Positions 43,379 to 43,611 of a DNA stretch of 43,611 bases are shown one piece after another (the first letter of the stretch is position 1; every line of letters starts with the position of its first letter). The DNA is from Candidatus Uhrbacteria bacterium. Its GTDB lineage: Bacteria > Patescibacteriota > Patescibacteriia > UBA9934 > UBA11717. The DNA lies in NCBI GenBank assembly GCA_003509895.1, contig DOMJ01000003.1:351-43961 (forward strand), given 5' to 3'. The notes beneath the pieces were generated by a model, which searched no databases, was not told the DNA's origin, and saw only the letters and a program-made list of their open reading frames with translations. A program made the position numbers and the translations under genes.

Positions 43379-43611
43379 GTCAAAAAACACCATTTTTTAT
43401 ACAGCCGCTTGATCATCTCGGAGCCCTCACGGTTCTCCAAGAAGACGTTGATTTTGCCGATACGTTGGGACAGAGCTATCGTAATCGCGCAGAACCGGAT
43501 TTTATGGGAACCTCCATAAGTGGTGCACGGTGGAAATGGGCAGGCATTGGCATGGCTTGTATCTTTCTTGTTTTACTTGGGCGGTCTGCACAGTTGCAAA
43601 TCTGGCAGGGG
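43375..43611 (+). CDS. mrdA: penicillin-binding protein 2 (N-terminal fragment, runs off the right edge)
   Basis: My translation from the ATG at 43375 (ATGA overlap with the mreD stop) is open to the window end: MSQKTPFFIQPLDHL...WKWAGIGMACIFLVLLGRSAQLQIWQG. It shows a TM anchor plus the 'LQI..G' start typical of PBP2. Called partly from synteny. Confidence 0.6.
   Translation, partial: MSQKTPFFIQPLDHLGALTVLQEDVDFADTLGQSYRNRAEPDFMGTSISGARWKWAGIGMACIFLVLLGRSAQLQIWQG

Overview
Annotated by hand from the sequence and the ORF track, with no searches run. Family calls rest on recognised motifs. Fine coordinates for promoters, hairpins and revised starts were counted manually and may be off by 1-2 nt.

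The window is a compact, mostly plus-strand chromosomal segment of a small-genome bacterium. Spot counts give about 43-48% GC. Class I LysRS, a DUF721/DciA-like gene, many small membrane proteins and lipoproteins sharing an LLGAGC lipobox, and frequent ATGA start/stop overlaps are reminiscent of Patescibacteria/CPR. That placement is inference only.

Recognisable content:
- 0-4.9 kb: cupin, a secreted jelly-roll (ConA/LamG-like) protein, a stand-alone Cas4-like PD-(D/E)XK nuclease, a DEAD-box helicase with an R/G/S-rich tail, and a DUF2914 membrane protein.
- 5-9 kb: a block of secreted, lipoprotein and membrane genes, including a VKOR fused to an extra multi-pass domain.
- 9-15.5 kb: a two-TM protein coupled to a CYTH enzyme, Cfa, a RumA/RlmD-type methyltransferase, and a DsbA-VKOR pair.
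- 15.6-24.7 kb: RsuA-family pseudouridine synthase, BadF/NagK-like ATPase, PepA, 2-Cys peroxiredoxin, a DUF3179 lipoprotein, RsmI, MetG, CvpA and TatD.
- 24.8-31.6 kb: a complete F1Fo ATP synthase operon (atpI-like, then atpB, E, F, H, A, G, D, C).
- 32.9-43.6 kb: class I LysRS, family-4 UDG, Tdk, a YgjP-like metallohydrolase, a UvrD-type helicase fused to a Cas4-like nuclease and ATGA-coupled to DciA, then MreB, MreC, MreD and the start of PBP2.

I saw no rRNA, tRNA, CRISPR array, transposase, integrase or reverse transcriptase.

The unexplained parts are three GC-rich (about 56-69% in spot counts) inserts in intergenic spacers, each with its own canonical promoter and terminator:
1. A hairpin-dense unit of about 460 nt with no credible ORF, between cfa and rlmD. 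It is a candidate large ncRNA that I could not assign to any family.
2. A cassette of three small ORFan genes between atpC and lysK.
3. A single ORFan gene on the other side of lysK.

Two further observations stand out. A tandem-hairpin leader or sRNA with palindromic UUAA loops and a perfect terminator sits just upstream of tatD. Extended -10 boxes (TGnTAnnnT) recur 6-9 nt upstream of ATG codons that lack a Shine-Dalgarno sequence, which suggests leaderless mRNAs.
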